Below, one piece after another: positions 47,987-62,566 of a stretch of 64,000 nucleotides of DNA. Position 1 is the first letter of the stretch. Every line of letters starts with the position of its first letter. A program made the translations under genes and the position numbers. The stretch is from assembly GCF_013122565.1 (NCBI RefSeq), contig NZ_CP053258.1. One strand, 5' to 3'. Below the pieces are notes generated by a model. It searched no databases. It saw only the letters and a list, made by a program, of their open reading frames with translations, and was not told the origin of the DNA. Source of the DNA: Escherichia coli. Lineage in GTDB: Bacteria; Pseudomonadota; Gammaproteobacteria; Enterobacterales; Enterobacteriaceae.

Positions 47987-48699
47987 CTCTTTTCCGGGTG
48001 GAGTCGCCGTAAATGGTACTCCACCTGGTATTCGCTGGCATTTCTGAACATCACTGAATAATTCAAAAACTCCCCGCTCTCGCTATATGACAACGAGGTG
48101 ATCCGCAGCAGTGGCGTGTGTTCCGCTACCTTCATTTGCCGCGCCAGCAGTCTATCGGCGAGCACCGGCGTCAGGCTTTCATAATTACCGCCAATCAAAA
48201 TCCCGCACTCTTGTTCAATATATTCAAACTTCGACCCTTCCAGATGTTGCAGAGAAAGGTTACGGAACAGTTTTACCGGCATATAGCTGTCTTCCAGCAT
48301 CAGCGGTTTCCCTTCCACAAAACGAACGCGACGGGAGAAGTAGATCTGCTCGTTGATTTGAATCCGTAACTGGCTGGCAATGGCCGGAGGCGCAGGCATG
48401 ATTTCAAAAATCAGCACCTGGCTGGTGACCGTTTTTCCCTGCCGTTTTAACACCTCCACCAGCCCGGTCAGACTGGCGGTTTGATGCAGTACATCTTTGC
48501 GCACCAGGTAAGTGCCACTACCGTGGCGGCGGACCACCAGCCCCCACGCTACCAGCAGGTCAATGGCTTTACGGATGGTCATCCGCGATACCGCAAACTC
48601 TTCCGCCAGCTTTTTTTCACCGGGAAGAAGGCTGTTTAGCGTGAAATCCGCGGAGTTAAGTCGAATTCTTAACCGCTCCGCAATGCTTTTGTAGATCAT
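47983..48699 (-). CDS. yidP: GntR/HutC-family transcriptional regulator YidP
   Basis: 238-aa ORF with N-terminal HTH ([17 protein letters not shown]) and UTRA-like C-terminus. Confidence 0.88.
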
Positions 48700-48995
48700 C
48701 TCTAGATCTCTTTTTTGCCTGCAAGCCCGGGTAATGCGCCCACAAGTTCTGCTTAATCGATTGAAAAAAACATCTTTTTTTTAAAGATGTGTTCGATGCT
48801 GTGTACCTGTGCTCACAGAGGTCTACTTTTTCGCGAAAACGTAGATCTCTACCGCCCAACGAAAAGCATGAAAGCGATCACGAATCCCATTGGGTCGTCA
48901 TGTTCTGCCGATCGCATCTTCCTATCCTCGCTCCAGGCCTGCCGCATAACCAATCAGGCTTCCTACTTACAGAATTGAGAAAAGAGGATGTGGAA

Positions 48996-52824
<3,829 letters not shown>

Positions 52825-52990
52825 TTTAATATCCCTCCGGCGAATTATGCTCACAACCTGAACTTAACAGAAAACAATCCGTTCAGGGATACGACGTTTG
52901 TATTTTAAGAATCTGACTGCCTGACCCGACGCATTTTACCTCTCCCTATATTCATGCGTCCGGGACATAAACATAAATAAGGGCTATGAG

Positions 52991-54706
52991 ATGAATTCGT
53001 TACAAATCTTGAGTTTTGTCGGTTTTACGCTGCTGGTGGCGATCATCACCTGGTGGAAGGTTCGCAAAACAGATACCGGATCGCAACAAGGCTATTTTCT
53101 TGCCGGACGTTCACTAAAAGCGCCGGTTATTGCCGCTTCGTTAATGTTAACCAACCTTTCCACGGAACAACTGGTTGGTCTTTCCGGGCAGGCCTACAAA
53201 AGCGGCATGTCGGTGATGGGCTGGGAAGTGACTTCAGCGGTGACGCTGATCTTCCTCGCGCTAATCTTTTTACCGCGCTATCTGAAGCGCGGCATTGCCA
53301 CCATCCCCGATTTTCTGGAGGAACGTTATGATAAAACGACGCGTATTATCATCGACTTCTGCTTCCTCATTGCCACTGGCGTCTGCTTTCTGCCGATTGT
53401 TCTCTACTCTGGCGCGTTGGCGCTCAACAGCCTGTTTCACGTCGGGGAATCGCTACAGATTTCTCACGGTGCGGCTATCTGGCTACTGGTAATTTTGCTT
53501 GGTCTGGCGGGAATTTTGTATGCGGTGATCGGCGGACTGCGCGCAATGGCAGTGGCGGACTCCATCAACGGTATTGGGCTGGTTATCGGCGGGTTGATGG
53601 TGCCGGTATTTGGCCTGATCGCGATGGGCAAGGGCAGCTTTATGCAGGGCATTGAGCAAATTACCACCGTTCACGCCGAGAAATTAAACTCAGTCGGTGG
53701 CCCGACCGATCCCTTGCCGATTGGCGCGGCATTTACCGGTTTGATTCTGGTGAACACCTTTTACTGGTGTACAAATCAGGGCATCGTGCAACGCACGCTG
53801 GCGTCAAAAAGCCTGGCGGAAGGGCAAAAGGGGGCGCTGTTAACGGCGGTGCTGAAAATGCTCGACCCGCTGGTACTGGTGCTGCCAGGGTTGATTGCGT
53901 TTCATCTGTATCAGGATCTACCGAAAGCCGACATGGCCTACCCGACGCTGGTCAATAACGTTCTGCCAGTGCCACTGGTGGGTTTCTTCGGCGCGGTGTT
54001 ATTTGGTGCGGTGATCAGTACCTTCAACGGCTTTCTGAATAGCGCCAGTACGTTATTCAGTATGGGTATTTACCGTCGCATCATTAACCAGAATGCCGAG
54101 TCGCAGCAGCTGGTCACCGTCGGGCGCAAATTTGGTTTCTTTATCGCTATCGTTTCGGTGCTGGTAGCGCCGTGGATCGCCAACGCGCCTCAGGGGCTGT
54201 ATAGCTGGATGAAACAGCTCAATGGCATTTACAACGTGCCGCTGGTTACCATCATCATTATGGGCTTTTTCTTCCCGCGCATCCCGGCGCTGGCGGCAAA
54301 AGTGGCGATGGGGATTGGCATAATCAGCTACATCACCATCAACTATCTGGTGAAGTTCGACTTCCATTTCCTCTATGTGCTGGCCTGTACGTTCTGCATC
54401 AACGTGGTCGTGATGCTGGTGATCGGTTTTATCAAACCGCGCGCCACGCCGTTCACCTTCAAAGATGCGTTTGCGGTGGACATGAAACCGTGGAGAAACG
54501 TCAAGATCGCGTCAATTGGCATCCTGTTCGCGATGATTGGCGTCTATGCCGGGCTGGCTGAATTCGGCGGCTACGGTACGCGCTGGTTAGCGATGATCAG
54601 TTATTTCATTGCCGCCGTAGTGATTGTCTACCTGATTTTTGACAGCTGGCGGCATCGTCACGACCCAGCCGTAACCTTTACTCCCGACGCGAAGGATAGC
54701 CTATGA
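52991..54706 (+). CDS. yidK: sodium:solute symporter-family transporter YidK
   Basis: 571-aa polytopic membrane ORF. Confidence 0.88.
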   Translation: MNSLQILSFVGFTLLVAIITWWKVRKTDTGSQQGYFLAGRSLKAPVIAASLMLTNLSTEQLVGLSGQAYKSGMSVMGWEVTSAVTLIFLALIFLPRYLKRGIATIPDFLEERYDKTTRIIIDFCFLIATGVCFLPIVLYSGALALNSLFHVGESLQISHGAAIWLLVILLGLAGILYAVIGGLRAMAVADSINGIGLVIGGLMVPVFGLIAMGKGSFMQGIEQITTVHAEKLNSVGGPTDPLPIGAAFTGLILVNTFYWCTNQGIVQRTLASKSLAEGQKGALLTAVLKMLDPLVLVLPGLIAFHLYQDLPKADMAYPTLVNNVLPVPLVGFFGAVLFGAVISTFNGFLNSASTLFSMGIYRRIINQNAESQQLVTVGRKFGFFIAIVSVLVAPWIANAPQGLYSWMKQLNGIYNVPLVTIIIMGFFFPRIPALAAKVAMGIGIISYITINYLVKFDFHFLYVLACTFCINVVVMLVIGFIKPRATPFTFKDAFAVDMKPWRNVKIASIGILFAMIGVYAGLAEFGGYGTRWLAMISYFIAAVVIVYLIFDSWRHRHDPAVTFTPDAKDSL

Positions 54707-56196
54707 AACGCCCCAATTTTCTGTTCATCATGACCGATACCCAGGCCACCAATATGGTCGGTTGCTATAGCGGTAAGCCGCTGAATACGCAAAATATTGA
54801 TAGTCTGGCGGCGGAAGGTATTCGCTTTAATTCCGCCTACACCTGTTCACCGGTTTGTACACCGGCGCGCGCCGGGCTGTTTACCGGTATCTACGCTAAC
54901 CAGTCCGGGCCGTGGACCAACAACGTCGCGCCGGGTAAAAACATCTCCACCATGGGGCGCTACTTTAAGGATTCGGGCTATCACACCTGTTACATCGGCA
55001 AATGGCATCTCGACGGTCATGACTATTTCGGCACTGGCGAGTGTCCGCCGGAGTGGGACGCTGATTACTGGTTCGATGGGGCGAACTATCTTAGCGAACT
55101 GACGGAAAAAGAGATTAGCCTGTGGCGCAATGGCCTAAACAGCGTCGAAGATTTACAGGCGAACCATATCGACGAAACCTTCACCTGGGCGCACCGCATC
55201 AGCAATCGGGCGGTGGATTTTCTGCAACAGCCTGCGCGCGCAGACGAGCCTTTCCTGATGGTGGTTTCGTATGACGAACCGCATCACCCGTTCACCTGTC
55301 CGGTGGAGTATTTAGAGAAATACGCTGATTTTTACTACGAGCTGGGCGAGAAAGCACAGGATGACCTGGCGAACAAACCGGAACATCACCGCTTATGGGC
55401 GCAGGCGATGCCATCGCCAGTCGGTGATGACGGGCTTTATCACCATCCGCTCTATTTTGCCTGTAATGACTTTGTTGATGACCAAATCGGACGGGTCATC
55501 AATGCCTTAACGCCAGAGCAACGTGAAAATACGTGGGTTATTTATACCTCCGATCACGGCGAAATGATGGGCGCACATAAGCTGATCAGTAAAGGGGCGG
55601 CGATGTATGACGACATCACCCGCATTCCGCTGATCATCCGTTCGCCGCAAGGGGAGCGGCGACAGGTCGATACGCCAGTCAGTCATATCGATTTACTGCC
55701 GACAATGATGGCGCTGGCAGATATTGAAAAACCAGAGATTCTGCCGGGGGAAAATATCCTTGCCGTGAAAGAGCCACGCGGCGTGATGGTGGAATTTAAC
55801 CGCTACGAGATTGAGCATGACAGCTTTGGCGGTTTTATTCCGGTGCGTTGCTGGGTGACGGATGACTTTAAACTGGTGCTCAACCTCTTCACCAGTGATG
55901 AACTTTACGATCGCCGTAATGATTCAAATGAAATGCATAACCTGATCGATGATATCCGTTTTGCCGACGTGCGCAGCAAAATGCATGACGCCTTATTGGA
56001 TTACATGGACAAAATTCGCGATCCGTTCCGCAGTTACCAATGGAGTCTGCGTCCGTGGCGTAAAGATGCACGGCCGCGCTGGATGGGGGCGTTTCGTCCA
56101 CGTCCACAAGATGGCTATTCGCCAGTTGTACGCGACTATGACACCGGCCTACCGACACAAGGGGTGAAGGTGGAAGAGAAAAAACAGAAGTTCTGA
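54703..56196 (+). CDS. yidJ: sulfatase YidJ
   Basis: 497-aa ORF with the sulfatase active-site motif CSPVCTPARAGLFTG; overlaps the yidK stop. Confidence 0.9.
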   Translation: MKRPNFLFIMTDTQATNMVGCYSGKPLNTQNIDSLAAEGIRFNSAYTCSPVCTPARAGLFTGIYANQSGPWTNNVAPGKNISTMGRYFKDSGYHTCYIGKWHLDGHDYFGTGECPPEWDADYWFDGANYLSELTEKEISLWRNGLNSVEDLQANHIDETFTWAHRISNRAVDFLQQPARADEPFLMVVSYDEPHHPFTCPVEYLEKYADFYYELGEKAQDDLANKPEHHRLWAQAMPSPVGDDGLYHHPLYFACNDFVDDQIGRVINALTPEQRENTWVIYTSDHGEMMGAHKLISKGAAMYDDITRIPLIIRSPQGERRQVDTPVSHIDLLPTMMALADIEKPEILPGENILAVKEPRGVMVEFNRYEIEHDSFGGFIPVRCWVTDDFKLVLNLFTSDELYDRRNDSNEMHNLIDDIRFADVRSKMHDALLDYMDKIRDPFRSYQWSLRPWRKDARPRWMGAFRPRPQDGYSPVVRDYDTGLPTQGVKVEEKKQKF

Positions 56197-56242
56197 CGAT
56201 AATGCCCGCTGATGAACACCCGGCGGGCATTATTCAGGCTAC

Positions 56243-56692
56243 TTAAGCCAGCGAACCGCCGGTCAGGAAAGAAAAAATCAGGAACATCAGCAGAAGGCCG
56301 CAGACAATGCCGATGCCAAAAAGCAAGGTATGGAAAGCCAGCGTCCCGCCGCCAAAAACCAGCGCGCCGCGAATGCCCCAGCGATTTTCCTTACGCATAC
56401 CGCCAATAAATGCGCAAAGTAGCGCAGCAATGGCCAGTGCGATACCGCTTTGATCGAGGATTTTATCGACATCCACGTCCTCTTTTCTCTCCACGGTGGT
56501 AATTTTTTCGCCTTTTATTCCGGCGAGAAGACCTCTTTTAATTTCAGCCGTTTTGTCCGCCACGATGCTTTCAAGCGTTGGCGGTGGTGCGGAAAAAGGG
56601 CCGAATGAAAAGTGGATAATCCCCATCATTAAAGCGATGGCACCGAACAGCATGCCCAATGAACTGATTTTATTTTGCGCTATGATACCCAT
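56243..56692 (-). CDS. yidI: inner-membrane protein YidI
   Basis: ORF track 56243..56800; probable start MGIIAQNKISSLGMLFG (149 aa). Confidence 0.75.
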   Translation of the reverse strand: MGIIAQNKISSLGMLFGAIALMMGIIHFSFGPFSAPPPTLESIVADKTAEIKRGLLAGIKGEKITTVERKEDVDVDKILDQSGIALAIAALLCAFIGGMRKENRWGIRGALVFGGGTLAFHTLLFGIGIVCGLLLMFLIFSFLTGGSLA

Positions 56693-56799
56693 CTGACCTC
56701 CTTGTAGCGGATGGCAAAAGCATATCAGGAAACGGGCGGACGAAATTCTTAAAAAAACCGCTAAAGGCAGAGCGTTAGTGAAATTGCAAAGGAGCAACA

Positions 56800-57147
56800 A
56801 TGAAAATTTCCCGCCTCGGAGAAGCGCCCGATTACCGCTTCTCGCTGGCTAATGAGCGTACTTTTCTGGCGTGGATCCGTACCGCACTAGGATTTCTGGC
56901 GGCGGGGGTTGGTCTTGATCAACTTGCGCCAGATTTCGCCACGCCCGTCATTCGCGAACTGCTGGCATTGTTGTTGTGTCTGTTTTCCGGCGGTTTAGCG
57001 ATGTATGGCTACTTGCGCTGGTTACGCAATGAAAAAGCGATGCGTCTGAAAGAGGACCTGCCCTACACCAACAGCTTATTAATCATCAGCTTAATATTGA
57101 TGATCGTGGCGGTGATCGTTATGGGACTGGTGTTGTATGCCGGATAG
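56800..57147 (+). CDS. yidH: DUF202-family inner-membrane protein YidH
   Basis: 115-aa ORF MKISRLGEAPDYRFSLANERTFLAWIRT. Confidence 0.85.
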   Translation: MKISRLGEAPDYRFSLANERTFLAWIRTALGFLAAGVGLDQLAPDFATPVIRELLALLLCLFSGGLAMYGYLRWLRNEKAMRLKEDLPYTNSLLIISLILMIVAVIVMGLVLYAG

Positions 57148-57499
57148 CCGCAAAGCCAGACGCATTGCCGACCCAGGGCTGCAGCCGGAGCGCACATCAC
57201 TGGCGTGGTTTCGTACCATGCTGGGCTACGGCGCGTTGATGGCGTTGGCTATCAAACACAACTGGCACCAGGCGGGCATGTTATTCTGGATTTCGATTGG
57301 CATCCTCGCCGTCGTGGCGCTGATCCTCTGGCACTACACCCGTAATCGCAATTTAATGGATGTCACGAATAGCGATTTTTCCCAATTTCACGTAGTCCGT
57401 GACAAATTTTTGATCTCCCTCGCGGTGTTATCTCTCGCAATACTGTTTGCTGTAACGCATATACATCAACTTATCGTATTTATTGAGAGAGTCGCATGA
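57137..57499 (+). CDS. yidG: inner-membrane protein YidG
   Basis: 120-aa ORF overlapping the yidH end; ERTSLAWFRT motif paralogous to YidH. Confidence 0.85.
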   Translation: MPDSRKARRIADPGLQPERTSLAWFRTMLGYGALMALAIKHNWHQAGMLFWISIGILAVVALILWHYTRNRNLMDVTNSDFSQFHVVRDKFLISLAVLSLAILFAVTHIHQLIVFIERVA

Positions 57500-57993
57500 C
57501 AGGAAGTCAGGTCATTGATGCTGAAGAGGACAGGCATAAACTGGTTGTAGAGTACAAGGATGCTCTGCAACCTGCCGATTTTTATCACAATTTCAAACAA
57601 CGGGGCATCCGCTCCGTACAGCTCATTCCCCATCTTGAATTTGATGAACTTGGCGATCTGACGGCCGCTTCGGTGACAGCAGAGCTGTGGGGGAAATTTT
57701 TAATTGCCCTGTTTGAGTGTTGGGTGCGGGCAGATATCAGTCGTATTTCGATTGAGCTTTTTGATGCCACTTTACAAAAATGGTGTGGCAGCGAAAACCC
57801 GCACCCGCGCCGTGACTGCCAAACGTGCGACTGGCATCGGCTGTGTCCGCACGCTCGGGAGGAGACGCCAGACAGCGTGCTATGTGCGGGCTATCAGGCG
57901 TTTTATTCTTACTCCGCACCGCATATGCGGGTGATGCGTGATCTGATAAAGCAGCATCGTTCTCCCATGGAGCTGATGACGATGCTGCGGTGA
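57496..57993 (+). CDS. yidF: YidF (Cys-rich, possible radical-SAM-associated protein)
   Basis: 165-aa ORF overlapping the yidG end. Confidence 0.82.
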   Translation: MTGSQVIDAEEDRHKLVVEYKDALQPADFYHNFKQRGIRSVQLIPHLEFDELGDLTAASVTAELWGKFLIALFECWVRADISRISIELFDATLQKWCGSENPHPRRDCQTCDWHRLCPHAREETPDSVLCAGYQAFYSYSAPHMRVMRDLIKQHRSPMELMTMLR

Positions 57994-58000
57994 CGTGAGC

Positions 58001-59185
58001 TTAAACGGGCTGCCCCTGATGCGACATCCGCGTCGCCAGCGGTAGCCAGCACAGCACGATCAACAATCCCATTAAGGTCATCAACAACCCCAGACTGCCC
58101 TGACCGGTTTGCGGCAACATCGCAGAGAGCGACGCCAGCGCGCCGGAACCAATGTTTTGTAGACCGCCGACCAGCGCGCCAGCCGTGCCCGCCAGGAAAG
58201 GGAACGGCTCCATCGCGCCGCTGGTTGCCAGCGGAAACAGCATCCCGGCACCAAAAAAGAACAGCGCGGCGGGAACGAGCAGCGTCCAGACATTCATCAC
58301 GCCAAACCAGTCGGGGATCCACATCAGTAAGCCAGCCAGCAGGCAGCAGATAACCGACTGCCACATCAACGTTGAGAAGCGTTTATTAGGACGCCCGGCA
58401 AACCATGCCCCAAAAAATGCCGCCGGAATCGGCAGAATAAACAAAATACTGACCGTCATACTGCTCAGCCCTAACACCGCGCCCATCAGCACGCCGGAGC
58501 AGGCTTCAAAGGCGGCAATCCCGGCCAGACCGCCAATCAGCATCAGCAAATAACAGTTAAAACCGCCGTTACCGAAAAGCGTTTTATAACTGGTAAGCAG
58601 GCGCGTGCGCGGTGCGTCGACCGGACGCGTTTCCGGCATCCAGCGGGCCATACTGAAGGTCACACCAGCACAAAGGACCAACAAAAAGAGATAACAGGCG
58701 CGCCAGTTCCACATCGTATCCAGCAGACCGCCGATTAGCGGTGCGAGCAACGGACTGACGAGAATTCCCATGTTTAACAGGCTGTTAGCATGGCGCAACT
58801 GTGTCCGTTCATATAAATCTCGCGGCAAAGTACGCGCCATTACGCCGCCAACGCCGGTGCCCATCCCCTGCATCGCGCTGGCGGCAATCAACACCGTCAA
58901 ACTGGAGGTCGTGACCGCGACTAGCGTTGCCAGCATAAAAATGGACATTCCGACGAGGATCACCGGTCGGCGACCGACACGGTCGGAAATCGGGCCATAA
59001 AACAGCTGTGAGACACCGTAAGTCAGCAGATAAGCGCCCATTACGCTCTGCACCGCCCCTTCACGGACGTTGAGATCGCGCGCCATATCGGCAATAGCTG
59101 GAATATAAATGGTTTGCGCCATCTGACCGACGGCCACGAGTAATACCAACATCAATAACAAATTGACGTTTCTATGCCTTTTCAT
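58001..59185 (-). CDS. emrD: MFS multidrug efflux pump EmrD
   Basis: ORF track 58001..59191; probable start MKRHRNVNLLLMLVLLVAVGQ (394 aa). Confidence 0.9.
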   Translation of the reverse strand: MKRHRNVNLLLMLVLLVAVGQMAQTIYIPAIADMARDLNVREGAVQSVMGAYLLTYGVSQLFYGPISDRVGRRPVILVGMSIFMLATLVAVTTSSLTVLIAASAMQGMGTGVGGVMARTLPRDLYERTQLRHANSLLNMGILVSPLLAPLIGGLLDTMWNWRACYLFLLVLCAGVTFSMARWMPETRPVDAPRTRLLTSYKTLFGNGGFNCYLLMLIGGLAGIAAFEACSGVLMGAVLGLSSMTVSILFILPIPAAFFGAWFAGRPNKRFSTLMWQSVICCLLAGLLMWIPDWFGVMNVWTLLVPAALFFFGAGMLFPLATSGAMEPFPFLAGTAGALVGGLQNIGSGALASLSAMLPQTGQGSLGLLMTLMGLLIVLCWLPLATRMSHQGQPV

Positions 59186-59344
59186 TATCACGGATGCTTT
59201 TATAAAAATAATTAGAATAAGTCACTACGCATTCCCATAAATGCGGGAGAGGAATCTATCACATTGATAAATGTTAGCCAGATATACGCCAGGAATGGGG
59301 AATTGTTTAGCGGCAGAATATGTAAACAAAAGCGGCAATAAATG

Positions 59345-59400
59345 TTGCCGGGAGAGATGGTAGGGCGGATAAGATGCGTCAGCATCGCATCCGACTCCAA
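59345..59400. repeat. REP-like palindromic element
   Basis: gcggataagatgcgtcagcatcgcatccg between emrD and tisB. Confidence 0.4.
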
Positions 59401-59464
59401 CCCGCACGCTAAATATAAAAGGGGAGCGGTTACCCGCTCCCCTTTGGTGCGACTTGAATCTGAA

Positions 59465-59554
59465 TTACTTCAGGTATTTCAGAACAGCATCAAGCAGTTG
59501 CAGTGCTGCAACAATGAGTTTGAGGATAAGAATGGCAATATCCACCAGGCTCAT
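59465..59554 (-). CDS. tisB: SOS-induced membrane toxin TisB (type I toxin), intact
   Basis: Reverse-complement encodes MSLVDIAILILKLIVAALQLLDAVLKYLK (29 aa). Checked against the plus-strand ORF-track translation of 59342..59590, which reads ...NNEFEDK... across this region. Confidence 0.85.
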   Translation of the reverse strand: MSLVDIAILILKLIVAALQLLDAVLKYLK

Positions 59555-59790
59555 ACGCGTCTCCTGTGGTTCAGGAGCACTGCCAGCTGACGTACCTTTC
59601 CGCTGCCTGTTGCCAGCTGTTGTGCACGCGGTATCTCAAGGAGAAACGTTGTGCTTGTTGACATAACACAGTGTGCTCACGCGGGGTTAAGGCGCTGACG
59701 GCACCACCCGTTTCAGCCAGGACTTAGTGCGCCGGGTAACGATGCGGCCCCCGCATAACACATTGCGTACAGTGATATTATAGAAGTTTA

Positions 59791-59806
59791 CTGTATAAAT
59801 AAACAG
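59791..59806. promoter_or_regulatory. LexA box (SOS operator) of the tisAB/istR locus
   Basis: ctgtataaataaacag, a perfect CTGT-N8-ACAG, about 240 bp upstream of tisB on its strand. Confidence 0.75.
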
Positions 59807-60118
59807 TAATATTTGGACAAAACGCAAACTGTGATCGATACTCAACTATGCACTAAATACGTCAAAATTCGTGCCGAAATTGCGCGTTCTGCGCGGAACA
59901 GGTATACTTTCAGTGTTGACATAATACAGTGTGCTTTGCGGTTACCAGCCGCAGGCGGCTGACGAAACCTCGCTCCGGCGGGGTTTTTTGTTATCTGCAA
60001 TTCAGTACAAAACGTGATCAACCCCTCAATTTTCCCTTGCTGAAAAATTTTCCATTGTCTCCCCTGTAAAGCTGTGCTTGTATAAATATTGTTAAACACA
60101 AAACCAACAAGGTCCCCA

Positions 60119-60217
60119 ATGACTACTTCCATGTTCAACGCAAAACTACTACCAACTGCGCCATCCGCCGCAGTGGTCGTCGTGCGTGTGGTGGTGGTCG
60201 TCGGCAATGCGCCGTAG
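60119..60217 (+). CDS. ivbL: ilvB operon leader peptide
   Basis: MTTSMFNAKLLPTAPSAAVVVVRVVVVVGNAP (32 aa), with Val/Leu-rich regulatory codons. Confidence 0.9.
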   Translation: MTTSMFNAKLLPTAPSAAVVVVRVVVVVGNAP

Positions 60218-60244
60218 GGACTGGAACAACACACGATTCCAAAA

Positions 60245-60275
60245 CCCCGCCGGCGCAAACCGGGCGGGGTTTTTC
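60245..60275 (+). terminator. ilvB attenuator terminator
   Basis: ccccgccggcgcaaaccgggcggggttttt immediately downstream of ivbL. Confidence 0.7.
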
Positions 60276-60322
60276 GTTTAAGCACCTCCCGGAAAGTCGG
60301 CCCAGAAGAAAAGGACTGGAGC

Positions 60323-62011
60323 ATGGCAAGTTCGGGCACAACATCGACGCGTAAGCGCTTTACCGGCGCAGAATTTATCGTTCATTTCCTGGAACAGCAG
60401 GGCATTAAGATTGTGACGGGCATTCCGGGCGGTTCTATCCTGCCTGTTTACGATGCCTTAAGCCAAAGCACGCAAATCCGCCATATTCTGGCCCGTCATG
60501 AACAGGGCGCGGGGTTTATCGCTCAGGGAATGGCGCGCACCGACGGTAAACCGGCGGTCTGTATGGCCTGTAGCGGACCGGGTGCGACTAACCTGGTGAC
60601 CGCCATTGCCGATGCGCGGCTGGATTCCATCCCGCTGATTTGCATCACCGGTCAGGTTCCTGCCTCGATGATCGGCACCGACGCCTTCCAGGAAGTGGAC
60701 ACCTACGGCATCTCTATCCCCATCACCAAACACAACTATCTGGTCAGACATATCGAAGAACTCCCGCAGGTCATGAGCGATGCCTTCCGTATTGCGCAAT
60801 CAGGCCGCCCTGGCCCGGTGTGGATAGACATTCCTAAGGATGTGCAAACGGCAGTTTTTGAGATTGAAGCACAGCCCGCGGTGGCAGAAAAAGCCGCCGC
60901 ACCTGCCTTTAGCGAAGAAAGCATTCGTGACGCAGCTACAATGATTAACGCCGCCAAACGCCCGGTGCTTTATCTGGGCGGCGGTGTGATCAATGCGCCT
61001 GCGCGGGTGCGTGAACTGGCGGAGAAAGCGCAACTGCCTACTACCATGACCTTAATGGCGCTGGGTATGTTGCCAAAAGCGCATCCGCTGTCGCTGGGTA
61101 TGCTGGGGATGCACGGCGTGCGCAGCACCAACTATATACTGCAGGAGGCGGATTTGTTGATTGTTCTCGGTGCGCGTTTTGATGACCGGGCGATTGGCAA
61201 AACCGAGCAGTTCTGCCCGAATGCGAAAATCATTCATGTCGATATCGACCGTGCAGAGCTGGGCAAAATCAAGCAACCGCATGTAGCGATTCAGGCGGAT
61301 GTTGATGACGTGCTGGCGCAATTGATCCCGCTGGTGGAAGCGCAACCGCGTGCAGAGTGGCACCTGTTGGTGGCGGATTTGCAGCGCGAATTCCCGTGTC
61401 CAATCCCGAAAGCGTGCGATCCATTAAGCCATTACGGCCTGATCAACGCCGTTGCCGCCTGTGTCGATGACAATGCGATTATCACCACCGACGTTGGTCA
61501 GCATCAGATGTGGACCGCGCAAGCCTATCCGCTCAATCGCCCACGCCAGTGGCTGACCTCTGGCGGGCTGGGCACGATGGGCTTTGGCCTGCCTGCGGCG
61601 ATTGGCGCGTCGCTGGCGAACCCGGATCGCAAAGTGTTGTGTTTCTCCGGCGACGGCAGCCTGATGATGAATATTCAGGAGATGGCGACCGCCAGTGAAA
61701 ATCAGCTGGATGTTAAAATCATTCTGATGAACAACGAAGCGCTGGGGCTGGTGCATCAGCAACAAAGTCTGTTCTACAAGCAGGGCGTTTTTGCCGCCAC
61801 CTATCCGGGCAAAATCAACTTTATGCAGATTGCCGCCGGATTCGGCCTCGAAACCTGTGATTTGAATAACGAAGCCGATCCGCAGGCGGCATTGCAGGAA
61901 ATCATCAATCGCACTGGTCCGGCGCTGATCCATGTGCGCATTGATGCCGAAGAAAAAGTTTACCCGATGGTGCCGCCAGGTGCGGCGAATACTGAAATGG
62001 TGGGGGAATAA
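60323..62011 (+). CDS. ilvB: acetolactate synthase I large subunit
   Basis: 562-aa ORF MASSGTTSTRKRFTGAEFIVHFLEQQGIK, ThDP enzyme. Confidence 0.95.
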   Translation: MASSGTTSTRKRFTGAEFIVHFLEQQGIKIVTGIPGGSILPVYDALSQSTQIRHILARHEQGAGFIAQGMARTDGKPAVCMACSGPGATNLVTAIADARLDSIPLICITGQVPASMIGTDAFQEVDTYGISIPITKHNYLVRHIEELPQVMSDAFRIAQSGRPGPVWIDIPKDVQTAVFEIEAQPAVAEKAAAPAFSEESIRDAATMINAAKRPVLYLGGGVINAPARVRELAEKAQLPTTMTLMALGMLPKAHPLSLGMLGMHGVRSTNYILQEADLLIVLGARFDDRAIGKTEQFCPNAKIIHVDIDRAELGKIKQPHVAIQADVDDVLAQLIPLVEAQPRAEWHLLVADLQREFPCPIPKACDPLSHYGLINAVAACVDDNAIITTDVGQHQMWTAQAYPLNRPRQWLTSGGLGTMGFGLPAAIGASLANPDRKVLCFSGDGSLMMNIQEMATASENQLDVKIILMNNEALGLVHQQQSLFYKQGVFAATYPGKINFMQIAAGFGLETCDLNNEADPQAALQEIINRTGPALIHVRIDAEEKVYPMVPPGAANTEMVGE

Positions 62012-62014
62012 GCC

Positions 62015-62305
62015 ATGCAAAACACAACTCATGACAACGTGATTCTGGAACTCACCGTTCGCAACCATCCGGGCGTAATGACCCACGTTTGTGGCCTTTT
62101 TGCCCGTCGCGCTTTTAACGTTGAGGGCATTCTTTGCCTGCCGATTCAGGACAGCGACAAAAGCCACATTTGGCTACTGGTCAATGACGACCAGCGTCTG
62201 GAGCAGATGATAAGCCAAATCGATAAGCTGGAGGATGTGGTGAAAGTGCAGCGTAATCAGTCCGATCCGACGATGTTTAACAAGATTGCGGTGTTTTTTC
62301 AGTAA
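62015..62305 (+). CDS. ilvN: acetolactate synthase I small subunit
   Basis: 96-aa [35 protein letters not shown] (ACT domain). Confidence 0.95.
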
Positions 62306-62335
62306 GGAGCGACATTAAACCGCTCGGGGGATACT

Positions 62336-62354
62336 GATGAGCGATTTTTGATAG
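62336..62354 (+). promoter_or_regulatory. conserved 19-bp upstream box, copy D (gatgagcgatttttgatag)
   Basis: About 210 bp upstream of the 62567 start; just downstream of ilvN. Confidence 0.55.
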
Positions 62355-62566
62355 ATCCGTTCAGATATATAGGGTGAAATTGTGCCAGAGACCATCTCAG
62401 GCACAATTTATTAGCCCTGAATGTTAATTTAAGTCGCTGCACCGGTAATTTGGGGGTTAACAGTTAGGGCTAAAATTTCCAGCGATGGTGTTAAATTCTG
62501 ATTGCTGTCTATACCAATGGTCATGACCAGCATTCTATTAATTAATGGTTCATCGTGAGGTATATT

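Noticed and set aside
59465-59554. Apparent -1 frameshift in tisB (a missing A in the AAA codon run), which would inactivate the toxin
   Set aside because: It was a transcription error on my part. The plus-strand ORF-track translation of 59342..59590 reads ...NNEFEDK..., which requires gagtttgag, so the tisB reading frame is intact and encodes a full 29-aa protein.
59842-60339. 165-aa minus-strand ORF
   Set aside because: It overlaps the ivbL leader, the attenuator and the ilvB start in antisense; low-complexity translation (TTTTRTTTT); an artefact of the Val-codon run.
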